20,794 nucleotides of DNA from Trichinella spiralis (taxonomy: Eukaryota): contig NW_003526942.1 of the NCBI RefSeq assembly GCF_000181795.1, positions 62,001 through 82,794 on the forward strand. The letters are read 5' to 3'. Shown in pieces: positions 19,939 through 20,794 of the stretch. The notes under the pieces are model-generated. The model was not told the DNA's origin, did no database searches, and saw only the letters and a list, made by a program, of their open reading frames with translations. How positions within the stretch are numbered: position 1 is the first letter of the stretch; the number at the start of each line of letters is the position of its first letter. A program made the translations under genes and the position numbers.

Positions 19939-20659
19939 TGGCGTAATAGCATTGGTTCTATCGCCTGAACTTTTCATTGATTAAAATTGTTCTGCTTTGA
20001 TTAGCTACAATTTTTTTCATTTCATTTGTCCAAATTTTTAATTTCATAACAATTGATTACGTAACTTTTGACCTCTTTTAGTGTTTGATCCGTGACGTCA
20101 CTAATTTGACAGTAAAATTTTTTCACTGTTTTTAGCTGTTTTTTTAAATATTTACTTTTCCACTTTGCACTTTTAGTGATTAGTATTTGTAATATAATTA
20201 AAAAGAATTATGTTCTGCTGACGCTTAAGCGTGTATCACTTTTTTTGCGTATTGGCTTATGTTGGTTCCGTAATTCACAAACTGAAATTCATCATTATTT
20301 ATTCCCATCATTCGAAAAGACATCTCAAACATACGAGACAGAAAATAGCACAAGCTAGTGAAGTGCAATAAGGAAAACTACAATTGAAGGTCTTGTTCTT
20401 TACAAATTAAATAAATATCTTTATTATGCAATTGTATCATTCCAATCAAATCAACTGCCTAACGAAGAGATAACTGAACAAAGAGATGTTAAGTGAACAT
20501 GCTTATCTGGGTCATTCATTGTTTTCATCATTCGACACGTAATGACGTTTTACGATGGCAGCAAAGCTAGCCTTGGCAATGAATTTGATAATGAAGAAAG
20601 CTATGCAGCGATTATCATGAGCAAAGTCAAAATTCATTACACAAGATTTTCTGAAATTT

Positions 20660-20760
20660 CACTAGATCAACACACATATGAATTAAATTTCCCCTAAGCT
20701 AGCCAAAGCATTTTCAGCTCATCTGAGCAGCAGCTACGCTGCATCTGACAATTTTTTACA
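20660..20760 (+). pseudogene. Possible highly decayed hAT C-terminal dimerisation-domain remnant
   Basis: With one frameshift it reads (NF)PKLAKAFSAHLSSSYAASDNF, reminiscent of FPxLAxxAxxxLxxPASSAASERxFS. Confidence 0.3.
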
Positions 20761-20794
20761 GACCCTTTGTATATATGAGAACCTCAAATCACAC

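Noticed and set aside
20091..20101. Palindrome GTGACGTCAC (CRE-like)
   Set aside because: A single short motif with no associated gene start in view.
1..20794. CRISPR array, retron/DGR-type RT system or other prokaryotic defence locus
   Set aside because: No regularly spaced repeats are present, the only RT is a broken Gypsy fragment, and the genes have spliceosomal introns.

Overview
Eukaryotic, AT-rich, intron-containing genomic DNA. The short introns, TTTCAG/TTTTAG acceptors and transposon repertoire look like a nematode; Trichinella is my best guess, but that is inference only. The core holds two divergently oriented spliced host genes. The first, on the minus strand, is a 6-coding-exon gene (7369..4510) that I reconstruct as a ~594-aa single-pass membrane protein with a tiny ectodomain, a juxtamembrane CxxC and a long low-complexity tail; it has a possible 58-aa micropeptide isoform. 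The second, on the plus strand, is a 7-exon cytosolic (PAPS-dependent) sulfotransferase (9251..10964, 327 aa) with an unusual aromatic insertion. Both flanks are transposon graveyards: a MULE pseudogene, a dismembered Gypsy element carrying a hAT/Buster end and an intron-containing gene fragment, a pogo/Tigger-derived non-autonomous element with TA TSD, a solo LTR with a 5-bp TSD, a Tigger/Jerky-like transposase remnant, three piggyBac remnants and a possible hAT C-terminal remnant. There is a 10-N assembly gap at 18878-18887. I see no CRISPR array, rRNA or prokaryote-like system. All gene models are manual reconstructions and none was checked by database search.
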